Assembly: GCA_964016885.1 (NCBI GenBank)
Contig: OZ024759.1
Span: 4,712,001 to 4,776,000, forward strand
Origin: Eledone cirrhosa
Lineage: Eukaryota
Length of the DNA: 64,000 nt
Direction: 5' to 3'
Below the pieces are notes generated by a model, which was not told the DNA's origin, made no database searches, and saw nothing but the letters and a program-made list of their open reading frames with translations. Positions 12,343-25,169 of this stretch are shown here, one piece after another. The position numbers were made by a program, and so were the translations under genes. Every line of letters starts with the position of its first letter. The first letter of the stretch is position 1.

Positions 12343-14826
12343 ATAGACATTCAATGTAGAAGAGAACTGGGAGTTCCTAAAAAATAACTTACTAGAGGCG
12401 ACGGATGAGGTCTGTGGCTGGAGTAAGACCTCAAGCAGGAGGAGAGTGACTTGGTGGTGGAACAATAAGGTATATGAGGCAGTTAAGGCCAAGAGACAGG
12501 CATGGAAAGAATGGAAGAACGGGGGGAGCAGGGTAAATTACATAGAGAACAAGAGGGAAGCTAGGCGACAAGTATACTTAGCTAGGAGGGAAGCAGAGGA
12601 TAGAAAATTCAAGCATGTTTTGCAATGTAAGGACCAGAAACAGGAGGTGTTCAAGATTGCGAGGCAGTGTGTCAGAGAGAATTGTGATGTCATTGGAGAG
12701 AAGTGTATCCGGAATGATAAAGGTGAGCTTGCCCTCACAAGTGCTGAGAAGAAAGATGCATGGAAGAGTCATTATGATAGATTACTAAATGAGGAGAATG
12801 CATGAGAAGAAGAGACCCTACCCCAAGTAGACCCTATAGAGAGGCCAGCAGTACAAGTCAGCAGCAGCGTAGTAAGTAAGGCAATCAAAGATATGAAGAT
12901 GGGGAAGGCAACCGGTCCATCGGGTATAGCTGCTGAGATGCTGAAGGCATCTGGGTCTGTAGGTCACACTATAACCACACGTATTGTTAACCAGGTAATA
13001 CTAGAAGGTGTCATACCAAAAGATTGGTGCAGTAGCATTATTGTCAACTGCTACAAAGGTAAAGGTGATGCACTAGATAGAGGAAACTATAGAGGTATAA
13101 AGCTGATGGACCAGGTCATGAAAGTAACAGAAAGAGTTATAGCACAGTTGATTAGGGACCGGGTGAAACTAGATGAGATGCAATTTGGGTTTGTACCAGG
13201 AAGAGGCACCACTGATGCCCTCTTCCTTGTGAGGCAGTACAGGAAAAGTACCTAGCTAAAAGCAAGCCACTCTACCTGCCATTTGTCGATCTCGAGAAAG
13301 CCTTTGACAGAGTTCCACGTGCTGTAATCTGATGGGCTCTTAGAAAACTAGGAGTAGATGAATGGCTTGTGAAAGCGGTACAAGCCATGTATAGGGGAGC
13401 AGTCAGCAAAGTTAGGATTAGCAATGAGTATAGCGAGGAATTTAGCGTACAGGTTGGGGTCCACCAGGGCTCTGTTCTTAGCCCCCTCCTGTTCATCATA
13501 GTCATGCAGGCAATAACGGAGGAGTTTAAGACCGGATGCCCATGGGAACTCCTGTATGCTGATGACCTCGCACTTATAGCTGAATCTATGGTAGAGCTAG
13601 AGAAGAAATTCCAAACTTGGAAGCAGGGACTAGAAAGAAAGGGTCTCAAAGTCAACATGATAAAGACTCAGGTCCTTGTAAGTAGACGAGAAAACAGAAC
13701 CCAGATCCCCTCAGGGAAATGGCCTTGCTCAGTATGTAGGAAAGGTGTAGGTAGGAACTCCATTCCCTGCCCCAAATGCAAACAATGGGTACACAAGAGA
13801 TGTAGCGGGATCTCAGGAAGCTTAATTAAGAATGTAGGCTTCACATGCAGCAGCTGTGCTGGGACAGCACGCAGCAAAAAGCCACAGGAAACAAGTACCA
13901 CCAATCTCTCGGAGGGCTCTGTAGAAAGAGTAGACCGCTTCTGCTACCTAGGTGACCGAATTAGCAGCGGAGGTGGGTGTTCAGAAAGTACAATAACTAG
14001 GGTAAGAACGGGATGGAAGAAGCTTAGGGAACTACTACCACTGCTAGCTGCAAAAGGCTTTTCCCTCAAAATGAAAGGCAGACTGTATGATGCGTGTATC
14101 CGAACAGCAATGTTGCATGGTAGTGAGACCTGGGCGCTGAAGGTGGAAGACTTATGTAGATTAGAGAGAAACGAAGCCTGCATGCTCCGATGGATGTGTA
14201 ACAGTAATATACGCGAACGACAAAGCATAAATGAATTGAGAGAGAGACTGAGCATAAGAGGAATCAAATGCTGTGTGCAGGAGAGGCAGTTGCGTTGGTA
14301 TGGACATGTGATGCGTATGAAGGATGACAGCTGCATAAAAAGGTGCAGAGCACTAGAAGTCGATGGAAACCGCGGAGTGGGGAGACCCAAGATGACCTGG
14401 GATGAGGTGATAAAAACCGACCTTACCCAATTCCACCTCTCAAAGGCGAAGACACATGACCGTGACCTCTGGCGTCTCGCAGAAATACAGAGTACCCGAC
14501 CTCCCATGGGTACAAGCTGATGCATATAGACAATAAGCCCCCACACCCCCCACTTCAAGGTGGCCGTGGAGGTGCCACGGCAAAAAGCACCCAGCCCACA
14601 CTGTAAAGTGGACGTGTAGGCAACACGAAAAAGCACCCAGTACTCACTGTAAATGAGGTTGGTGTTAGGAAGGGCATCCAGCTGTAGAAATCAAGCCAAA
14701 TCAGTTCCTGTATGAGCAAAGCATAGTCAGCCGACCAGACACTGCCCACAACAGGACAACCCGTCTAACCCATGCTAGCGTGGAAGAACGGACGTAAAAC
14801 GGTGATGATGATGATGATGATGATGA
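12343..14826 (+). mobile_element. 5'-truncated RTE-clade LINE with (TGA)n tail, inserted in a piggyBac-like MITE
   Basis: ORF pieces 12446-12805, 12893-13255 and 13369-14520 (QGSVLSP, YADDL, LRWYGHV); ACTC present on both sides. Confidence 0.9.
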
Positions 14827-15284
14827 CTCTATATATACTATTGTATTTTCATGGTAAAGGCTTTACCTCACATAAGTATCTCATAATGTCGAATCTATGA
14901 GATTTTGATTTTATCTATTTTGAGAAGAATACCTTAATATCAGTATGAGTGGCCAGTTATGGCCGGTTTCAACAGAAAGAGGTGAGAGGATTCTGGTCAG
15001 ATATGGCCGGTTTAAATGCTAAAGGGTTAAACACCCCAGTGTTGAAATGTGGTAGTGCTGGTGCCATGATAAAGTGCACCAAGCCTACACTGGAAAATGG
15101 AAGTGTTTGATGCTGTGATAAAATGCATCCAGCCCATACTGTAAAGTGTTAGTGTGGTACCATGATAAAAGTTGCAAGACCACCCTGGCATGTGGTAAAG
15201 GTGGTGCCATGAGGAAATGCACCCAGTACATGCTGTGAGGTAGTGTTAGGAAGGGCATCCAACAATAGAAACTATGCTAGAGAA

Positions 15285-15856
15285 ACACTGGCACACTTGG
15301 AAAATTAGAAGCACACAGGTACAGTGGGAACATCAGAGACACAGTGGGTACTCAAGAGGCACAATGGCTCACTGTGAACATCCAGAAGCACACTGGGATA
15401 TTAGAGGCATACTGGCATACTGGGAACATTGGAGCACAGTGGGAACATCAGAGGCACACTGGAATATCAGTGGACACTAGGTACATAGGAGGCATACTGA
15501 GAACATCAGAGGCTCACTGGGCACATCAGAGACACACTGGGAATACAAGAGGCACACTGGGAACATCAGAAGCACAGTAGGCACATCCGAGGCACACTAG
15601 GTATATCAGAGACACACTGGGAACACAAGAGGCAGACTGGGAGCATCAGAGGCACAGTTGGCACATCAGAGGCACACTAGGTATATCAGAGACACACTGG
15701 GAACACAAGAGGCAGACTGGGAGCATCAGAGGCACACTGAGCACATCAGAGACACACTGGGAATACAAGAGGCATACTGGGAACATCAGAAGCAGAGTAG
15801 GTACACAAGAGGCAGACTGGGAACATCAGAGGCACACAGGGCACATCAGGAGGCAC
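15285..15856. repeat. Degenerate 20-bp tandem repeat
   Basis: Variants of gaggcacactgggaacatca. Confidence 0.85.
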
Positions 15857-15901
15857 GCTGTTAATAAATGAACATTTACAGTTTAAAATAAGCATACTAA
15901 C

Positions 15902-16039
15902 AAGCTTGGCAGTCATGACCAGTAAAACCAGGTAGACACTTGTTGTTTGGACAGTGTCCAGTTTTAGGGTTACAGTTTGCACTGTCCTTGCATTTACAGG
16001 GATTTGAACAATGGACACCAAAATAACCAGCTTTACACA
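15902..16039 (-). CDS. EGF-like exon 12 (138 nt)
   Basis: ttttaacag acceptor, GTTAGT donor; CKAGYFGVHCSNPCKCKDSANCNPKTGHCPNNKCLPGFTGHDCQA. Confidence 0.85.
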
Positions 16040-16094
16040 CTGTTAAAATAAAACAAACAAGTAGAAATATCTAACATTACTTTACAAATATATA

Positions 16095-17162
16095 CAGGGT
16101 GCAGCATAAATACTGTTACAAAATATCAAATGAGTTTAAGTCATAATATTAATTACTTTATGCTTTGCAGCATAGAGTTACGGCCCTTTATGATCTGAGT
16201 TCAAATCCCGCCCAGATTAACTTTGCCTTTCATCCTTACTGGGTCGATAAAATAAAGTACCAGTCACACACAGGGAGCGCTTTAATAGACCCCCCCCCCC
16301 CACAAATTTCTGGCCTTATGCTTATATAAGAAACCAATAATAATTACTTTATTATTGATCTGATTGCTCAAATATTAACCTAATACTATATACTAACTGT
16401 TTTGGGGGTTATATAAGGATTCATTGCACATTTTTTCATGTTCAGAGTTGCTGAAGCATGGAACAAATTACCTGCATCAGTTGTTAGCTACTGGGACACT
16501 ACATCCTTTAAAACCTCCATGCTTCCTGAAATTCGCCAACACTACACCTGATATCCCCCTTCCATACACACGCATGCATGTGTGTGTATTTCATGACTCA
16601 TACACTGTTCACTTTCCTGACCTTTATACATTATTCTATGTACTATATATGCACCTGAGCAGTGTACACAATAATTTCATTATTATTATTATTTAAATGT
16701 CCTTAGAATTGAAAGGAAAATTCATAATTGGACAGCATGAAAAAAAGTAGACTCCACCTCAGATTTTTATAACTGGAAAACAGCTTGAAATTAACAGAAT
16801 GCTCATAAAAAGGACCATTGATCACTTCAAAGAAACTTCCTCAACAAAAGCCAAGATCAGGACGTCCTAGCACCTTCTGAACACTAAAACTAATCAAATA
16901 CATGCATGAGAAAATCAGATGTAAGCCAAAAAGATTCATGAGAAAAATGGTGAAAGAGGCCGAAATTTCAGAGAGATCCATGAGGAGGCTATGTAAAGAT
17001 GATCTCGAGATGTGAGAACAAAAGGAAAGCATATCAAATAAGATTTCATGGTGTTAATAAACATTTTATTAATTACATTGTGCCACAATTGTAGCTAGGT
17101 ACAATAAATATTGAAGGAGTTATAAGCATTTTATTTTGTAACAGTATTTATGCCGTACTATG
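16095..17162 (+). mobile_element. Internally deleted Tc1/mariner element with a nested SINE and CR1 tail
   Basis: TA-flanked TIRs (cagggtgcagcataaatactgttacaaaat / attttgtaacagtatttatgccgtactatg); transposase HTH remnant ...RSGRP..KIRCKPKRFMRKMVKEAEISERSMRRLCKDDL. Confidence 0.7.
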
Positions 17163-17262
17163 TAGTATTATGTGGTCAGAAACTCTCAAGAAAGTTGGAC
17201 AGGAGAAGGTCACCAGAGAAGAACCACCCTCTCACCTCATGCAAGGGTTTCAGCCATTAACC

Positions 17263-17555
17263 CAGGCATGGGCAACCTTTTTCGAGAAGCGGGCTGCATG
17301 AGATATGGCTCATCATCAGGGAGGCCGCAAGCGCTAATTTACATTTGTGCCCACATTAAAAAAAAAGGGTGATAACTCAGGTTGTTTTGATTTGTTTCTT
17401 CAGAATTCGTACACGTTGTTTTCCTCAATCGTTAAAAATTATAGAAAGATAAATTACGACTGAAAAGTTGGGGTAAAAAAATCAGAAAGATTTCACTTAG
17501 GTGATTTAGGTGAGTCATTTAGAAAGCTTCGTGGGCCGCACGTTACCCATGACTG
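17263..17555 (+). mobile_element. hAT-like MITE
   Basis: caggcatgggcaac / gttacccatgactg TIRs; imperfect 8-bp TSD cattaacc/ccttaatc. Confidence 0.65.
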
Positions 17556-19023
17556 CCTTAATCTATTTAACATTTACATTACTGTGTTTAAGTGTGTGTG
17601 AGTGAGTGCATTTGTGTGTTTTAATGTGAGTGTGTTTGTGTGTTTTAGTGTGTGAGTACATTTGAGCATTTAAGAGTGTGAAAGAGTATGTGTGTGAGTG
17701 TGTTTGTGTGTTTTAGAGTGTGAGTGCATGTGTGTGTTTATGTGTATGTGTGTGTGAACTCTTTTATTCACCTCTTACAATAGGAAAGGACACTGTGCCA
17801 GTTATTTTGTGTCTCAACTAATTGCAACAAAGCTAATAAACTTTCATGCTCTATTTAACACTAACACAAGTGTAAATGGTGTTAAACTTACAATCATGTT
17901 CTGGGTTTCATTCTTGGACTGGGTTGTGTGTTATGTTCTTGAGCAAAACATTATACTCAGTATGTATGTATGGTCCTGTAACTCCTGACAGAGTCGTAGA
18001 GGTGCCGTATTAACAGACATCATTTCTTGGGTATTTTAAGCCAGGCGGAGCCCATCCCTGTCCAGGCCTGAATACAGCAGATTTCTTCCAGAGAAAGATA
18101 GAAAGTGAGAGAGAGGAAATGAGAAAGAGATATAGAAGAAGAATCGACCCCAGTACTAGACTGGTACTTTTTTATTGACATCAAAAGGATGAAAGGCAAA
18201 GTTGACCTCAGCGGGATTTGAACTCAGAGAGCAGAGAGTCGGAACGAATACCACAAAGCATTCTATCTGATGTTCTAACGACTCTGCCAATTCACTGCCT
18301 ATATACTCAGTATACTCAGTTGGAAATGAGTATCAACAATTGCTGGGGGGTTTTCTCTGCAATGGACTGGTGTCCTGTCCAGGTTGGAATTGTTTACTGT
18401 CAGTCACTTAACACCATGGAAACCAAGGTAAACCCTGGCCTGATTAGCATCCAGGCTTGAGACAGACTTTAGACTCAGAACAAGTAACAGCCAAATTATA
18501 GATTAGTATGATGAAAAGGAAAGGACACATTAAATAGTGTAGTCCTAGTTATGCAATGCCTGAGAGAAGGGTGGAATGTGCTTATCTCGGTTTCCATGGT
18601 GTGAAGCAACTGAGAGTACAGAATTCCATCCTGCACAGGACACCTGTCCTGTGCAGGATGGAATTTAAAATCCCCCAGCAATTGCTGGTACTCATTTTCA
18701 ACTGAGTATACTACGCAAGAATGTTTTGCTTAAGAACGCAATGCACAGCCAAGTCCAGGAATCAAACCCACAACATTATGATTGTAAATCCAACAGCTTT
18801 ACCACTTGTGTTAGTGTTAGATAGAGATGACAGCTCATTGATCTCATAACTAGTTTAAACTGTAAACAACTGACAGTGTCCTTACATATTATAAAGAGGT
18901 GAATAAAAGATATTGAAAAAGATACTGTCAATTCACCAGCTTTTATTTTAATTTACAAATCTGCCCCCCCCCCCCCCCCATAAAAAAAAAGACAATGGAA
19001 ATTCGATATTTAGTTTTACTCAC

Positions 19024-19161
19024 CATTTTGGCAGTTTCTTCCTTCAAAACCAGCAACACATCTTCCGTCAGAACATATTCCTGTCACTGAGTCACATTTG
19101 TTGCTGTCTACACAGTGACATATACCTTCACAGTTGCTGCCAAATCTACCATTCTGGCAGA
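19024..19161 (-). CDS. EGF-like exon 11 (138 nt)
   Basis: tttctttgaaag acceptor, GTGAGT donor; CQNGRFGSNCEGICHCVDSNKCDSVTGICSDGRCVAGFEGRNCQN. Confidence 0.85.
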
Positions 19162-19448
19162 CTTTCAAAGAAACAAAAACATTGTTTGTTAATAAAAAAA
19201 AAAGCAAACCCTTTTTGGTTCAGAAACTTCTGGCGGAATCCCAAAGTCTCATATTTTTATATGGTTTGAATATAAATATACTTCTCTACCTTTTTTTCAT
19301 GGAACCCCAGACATTCCTTTGCAGAACCCTTGGGTTCCATGGATCCCACTTTGGGAATGACTAATAAAGAACAACCTAAAGTTTTGAGAGATAAAACAAG
19401 AATTCATATATGTTGCACAGAGTAATTAGCTTCTTTCATTTCACTCAC

Positions 19449-19586
19449 CTGTTTGACAGTTGTTACCTTTATAGCCAGGTGTACACCCACCACTCGAACA
19501 GGTGCCAGATTTAGGGTTACACGTGCTATTGTCATAGCAGTGACAGCTATAGCTACAATCTTTACCAAACTTGCCACTGGAGCACT
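19449..19586 (-). CDS. EGF-like exon 10 (138 nt)
   Basis: tttcag acceptor, GTGAGT donor; CSSGKFGKDCSYSCHCYDNSTCNPKSGTCSSGGCTPGYKGNNCQT. Confidence 0.87.
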
Positions 19587-21188
19587 CTGAAATATAGAGC
19601 TATTATTTATTATTTATTCATGAGTGAATAAGAATTGTTTCGACTTTTGACACAAGGCCAGCAATTACCCCAGTGCATTACTGGTACTTTATTTTATCGA
19701 CCCCGTAAGGACGAAAGGCAAAGTTAACCTTGGCGGGATTTGAACTCAGACCGTAAAGAACCGTAACTCTATGCTGCAAAGCATGGCATCCGACGCTCTA
19801 CCGATACTGCCAATCCACCACCCTCGCGATTCAATAATAATTATTTCTACTTTTTGCACAAGGCTAGCAATTATCCCAGTGTATTACTGGTACTTTATTA
19901 GTAATACACTGGATAACAATAATGTTATAATAGTATTATAATATCATTAATATTCAGTTTGTTTGCCAGCAAACAGCCTCATAAACACCACGTGTGTTTT
20001 CTAGATGAACAATGTCATCCTTTTGTTGTAAAGGGGAAAGAAATGGGCAGAACTGTTGGAGTGTTTGTTGGATGAAATGCTTTGCAGAACTTCTGAGTTC
20101 TGAGTTCAAATCTTGCTCAGGTCAAACTTGAATGTCATTTTTACAAGCTTGATAAAATAATGTACCAGTTAAATACTGGGGTAGATATAATCAACTGACT
20201 TTCTCTTTACTCCAAAATTAAGAAATCATTATTAACCCTTTACCATTCACATTACTCTATATATAATATTGTATTTTCATGGTAAAGGCTTTATCTCACA
20301 TAATTATCTCACATAATATCGAATCTATGAGATTTTGAAAGTATTTATTTTGAGAACAATACCTTCACATCAGTTTGAGCGACCAGTTACAGCCAATATC
20401 AACAGAAAGAGGTAGAGAATTCTGGCCGGTTTGGGCCGGTTTGAACACGAAAGGGTTAATTAAAAACATAGGTACATTTGTGCTTTACATAGTTTTGGCT
20501 TGGTTTTACTGGTTGGGTATTTCTCTTGCAACCAACCACTTTACTGAGTGGCCTGGGTGCACCAGTTCTTGAGAGATTGTACTAATTAGGGTGGCACCAA
20601 GTGGATACAAAATGTGGGACGAAAAGAAGAGAGAGGAGTCAGTTGAAAATGTCTGAGTGGAGGTGGCATGAACCTAGAATACTCCGAGGAACAGAGTCCA
20701 ATATAGTAGTGGTGGAAAGCAGGAGGAGAAGGCACATGGGGAGAGTATCAGTGAAGAAGAGAAAAAATGGTGTATCCATTTGGTTTATAGTCAAGTTTTA
20801 TTTTTTTTAAACAAGCACCTTTATAGGCTTAGTCGGCCTCCTATGAGGTTGTCACCCCATAGGAAGTATTCTGGGTGTTTCAATGGTAAGGACACCATGC
20901 CTATCATGTTGTTGTTACAGCTCACATTTATGTAGGTTTGGCTGGCCCCCTACAAGGATGCACTCCATGGGAAATATTCTGGGTGTTTTAATAATAAGGA
21001 CCCCAGGCCTATCATGTTGTTACAGCTCTACCTATGTAGGTTTAACTGGCCTCTGACAAAAATGCACCCCAAAGGAGCCTCGGTCTTTTCATGTCACTCT
21101 TTCCTTGGTAAGTTTGGAATCTCACTTTGAAGTGCCATGTGCTCACCTAGAAATACAAATAGCATAGAAGATCTACTGAATGACTCAC

Positions 21189-21326
21189 CTGTCTGACAAT
21201 TGCTACCTTGATAGCCAGCTTCACAGCCACCACTGGAACATACACCTGTGATGGGGTCACACTTGCTGTTGTTGGCACGGTGACATAAGTTAATACAGTT
21301 GTCACCAAATTTACCACTTCTACACT
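21189..21326 (-). CDS. EGF-like exon 9 (138 nt; one conserved Cys replaced by Arg)
   Basis: cccag acceptor, GTGAGT donor; CRSGKFGDNCINLCHRANNSKCDPITGVCSSGGCEAGYQGSNCQT. Confidence 0.82.
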
Positions 21327-21359
21327 CTGGGTACATTAAATATGAAGAATATAGAAGTT

Positions 21360-22545
21360 AGATGGAATGAGATGTGAAATGTATGTGATATACAATGTAT
21401 GAGTTGTGAAATGTATGGGATGTGAAATGTAGGAATATGAAATGTAGTGGGTGTGCAATGTAGGGATGTGAAATGTAGGGATGGGGAATGTAGGAGATGT
21501 GAAATGTAGGGATGAGGAATGTAGGGATGAGGAATGTAGGAGATGTGAAATGTAAGGATGTGAAATGTAGGGATGAGGAATGTAGGAGATGTGAAATGTA
21601 GGAGATGTGAAATGTAGGAGATGTGAAATGTAGTAGATATGAAATGTAAGAGATGTGAAATGTAAGAGATGTGAAATGTAAGAGATGTGAAATGTCGGAG
21701 ATGTGAAATGTAAGGATGTGAAATGTAGGAGATGTGAAGTGTAGGAGATGTGAAATGTAGTAGATGTGAAATGTAAGAGATGTGAAATGTAAGAAATGTG
21801 AAATGTAAGATATGTGAAATGTAAGAGATGTGAAATGTAAGAGATATGAAATGTAAGAGATGTCAAATGTAGGAGATGTGAAATGTAAGGATGTGAAATG
21901 TAGGAGATGTGAAATGAAAGGATGTGAAATGTAAGAGATGTGAAATGTAGGAGATGTGAAATGTAAGAGATGTGAAATGTAGGATATGTGAACTGTAAGG
22001 ATGTGAAATGTAAGATATGTGAAATGTAAGAGATGTGAAATGTAGGAGATGTGAAATGTAGGAGATGTGAAATGTAGGAGATGTGAAATGTAGGAGATGG
22101 AAATGTAAGGATGTGAAATGTAAGAGATGTGAAATGTAGGTGATGTGAAATGTAGGAGATGTGAAATGTAGGAGATGTGAAATGTAGGAGATGGAAATGT
22201 AAGGATGTGAAATGTAAGAGATGTGAAATGTAGGTGATGTGAAATGTAGGAGATGTGAAATGTAGGAGATGTGAAATGTAAGGATGTGAAATGTAAGAGA
22301 TGTGAAATGTAGATGTGAAATGTAAGAGATGTGAAATGTAGGAGATGTGAAATGTAGATGTGAAATGTAAGGGATGTGAAATGTAGGAGATGTGAAATGT
22401 AGGAGATGTGAAATGTAAGGATGTGAAAGGTAAGAGATGTGAAATGTAGGTGATGTGAAATGTAGGATATGTGAAATGTAAAGGTATGGATTGTATAATG
22501 TGAAATATAGATGTGAATTGTGTGAGATGTGAAATGTAGAGAATG
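21360..22545. repeat. 15/16-bp minisatellite
   Basis: Variants of gatgtgaaatgtagga. Confidence 0.9.
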
Positions 22546-22599
22546 TACAAAAATAACAGTAAACATCAATAACAACAACAGCAACCATCATCAACAACA

Positions 22600-23660
22600 A
22601 TAGTGGTGGTGGTGGTGGTGGTGGTGGTGGTAATGGAGGTGGTGGTGGTAGTGGTGGTGCTGGTAGTGGAGGTGGTGGTGGTAGTGGTGGTGGTGGTGGT
22701 CGATGTGGTGGTGGCGGTGGTGGCAGTGGTGGTGGTAGTGGTAGTGGTGGTGGTGGTGGTAGTGGTAGTGGTGGTGGTGGTGGTGGTAGTGGTGGTAGTG
22801 GTGGTGGTAGTGGTGGTGGTAGTGGAGGTGGTGGTGGTAGTGGTGGTGGTAGTGGTGGTGGTGGTGGTGGTAGTGGTGGTAGTGGTGGTGGTGGTGGTAG
22901 TTGAGGTGGTGGTGGTAGTGGTGGTGGTGGTAGTAGAGGTGGTGGTGGTGGAGGTGGTGGTAGTGGAGGTGGTGGTGGTGGTGGTGGTGGTGGTAGTGGT
23001 GGTGGTGGTGGTGTTGGTGGTAGTGGTAGTGGAGGTGGTGGTGGTGGTGGTGGTGGTGGTAGTGGTGGTGGCGGTAGTGGTGGTGGTGGTGGTAGTGGTG
23101 GTGGAGGTGGTGGTAGTGGTGGTGGTGGTGATGGAGGTGGTGGTGGTGTTAGTGGTGGTAGTGGTAGTGGTGGTAGTGGTGGTGGTGGTGGTGGTGGTAG
23201 TGGTGGTGGTGATGGTGGTGGTAGTGATGGTGGTGGTAGTGGTTGTAGAAATGGCAGTGGTGGTAGTGGTGGTGGTAATGGCAGTCGTGGTAGTGATGGT
23301 GATGGTGGTGGTGGTAGTGGTGGTGGTGGTCGATGTGGTGGTGGTGGTGGTGGCGGTAGTGATGGTGGTGGTAGTGGTTGTAGTAATGGCAGTGGTGGTA
23401 GTGGAGGTGGTGGTGATGGTGGTGGTGGTGGTGGTAGTGGTGGTGGTGGTGGTGGTAGTGGTGGTGGTAGTACAGAGTATGGTGGTGGTGGTGGTGGTGG
23501 TTGGTGGTGGTTGTGGAGGTGGTGGGGTTGTGGTGGTGGTTGCAGTGGGAGTTGTGGTGGTTGATAGTGATGTTGGGTAGTGGTTGCGGTTGTGGTTGTG
23601 GTAGTGGTGGTAGTAGTGATGATGATGATAATAACAATGATGATATTTATGATGATGATA
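22600..23660. repeat. (GGT)n/(AGT)n microsatellite, about 1 kb
   Basis: Direct reading; explains the poly-P/T/V/H ORFs. Confidence 0.95.
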
Positions 23661-23673
23661 GTACACCACTTAC

Positions 23674-23811
23674 CTGTCTGACAGTTGCCACCTTCATATC
23701 CAGGAGCACATCCTCCATTAGAGCAGCTACCAGTCTGTGGCTTACATTTACTCTTGTCAGCACAATGACACATGTTTCGACAGTTTGGTCCAAATTTTCC
23801 TCTCTTACATC
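23674..23811 (-). CDS. EGF-like exon 8 (138 nt)
   Basis: tttgtag acceptor, GTAAGT donor; CKRGKFGPNCRNMCHCADKSKCKPQTGSCSNGGCAPGYEGGNCQT. Confidence 0.87.
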
Positions 23812-25169
23812 CTACAAATCAATCAATAACAAATATATATTTTGGTGTGTATTTGTGTGGCCTTGTGGTAAGGGTGTTGGACTTACAATCATAATGTCGT
23901 GAGTTCTATTCCTCAACTAGGTTGTGTGTTGTGTTCTTGAGCAAAAGTATTTCCATTCATGTTGCTCCAGTATAATAATTGTTTCTACTTTTGACACAAG
24001 GCCAGCAATTACCCAGTACATTACTGGTACTTTATTTTATCGACCCCGTAAGGATGAAAGGCAAAGTTAACCTTGGTGGGATTTGAACTCGGATCATAAA
24101 GGGACGTAACTCTATGCTTCAAAGCATGGCGTCCGACTCTCTACCAATACTGACAATCCACCGCTCCAGTATAATAATAATAATAGTGAAATTATTGTGT
24201 ACAGTGCTCAGGTGCACTATAACTCATCAAAGGTGCATGTAAAGCACATAGAATAATGAACAAATGTCAGGAAAATGAACAGTGTATGAGTCATGATAAA
24301 CATATGTACGTGTGTATGGAGGAGGGATATCAGGTGTAGTGTTGGCGAATTTCAGGAAGCTTGGAGATCAGTGCCAGTAATAGCTGGTGATTTAACCTTG
24401 GGATGGACTGGTGCCCTGTCCAGGGGAAGTTTTGTATTTTAAGTCACTTCATGCCATAGATAGCACTGGCCTGATGACCCTCAGCACTCGAGACACACTT
24501 TAGACATTTTTTTGTTTTTGTATATTCAACAGCCCAGTCCTTCTAACTGTCGGTAGGTATCACACTGAGCAGAGTCCACTGTATTCCCCACACCTGGACA
24601 GGATGCTAGTCCATTGCATGGTATTTCACTGCTATATTATTCTATCTACTCCAAAAGTATGACAGAAAAAGTTGATTTTGGTGGGATTTGAATACCGTTT
24701 TAAAAAAGAACTCAAAATCACAACCCATTAAAACCTTTAGAATTTAAACCGGCCACAATTCTCTCACTTCTTTATGTTCAAACCAGCCATAACTGGCTGC
24801 TCATACTTATGTTAAGGTATTGTTCTCAAAATAAATAATATCAAAATCTCATAGATTTGATATTATGTGAGATAATTATATGAGATAAAGCCTTTACTGT
24901 GAAAATATAATAGTGTATATGAAGTAGTGTAAATGCTAAAGGGTTAATCTGTAACTCTACTGCCCCTGCTACTCACATCTTCCTCATGATGAACATTTAA
25001 CATTCACTTCCCCTGTAACCAAGAGTGGGATGTGTCAACAGAGACCGACTCAGAACTTAATCGGAGCTACTGACCTCTCAGATGTTACTGGATACATTTC
25101 ATCATGACTGAAGAGGACATTCATCCATTTGTCTGGTAGATTTTCTAAAGAAATAGAACTACAAAAGAG

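Noticed and set aside
21336-23773. Long His/Phe/Thr-, poly-Pro-, poly-Thr- and poly-Val ORFs (extensin/mucin-like)
   Set aside because: Translations of the 16-bp repeat and (GGT)n; the real exon 8 ends at a strong GTAAGT donor
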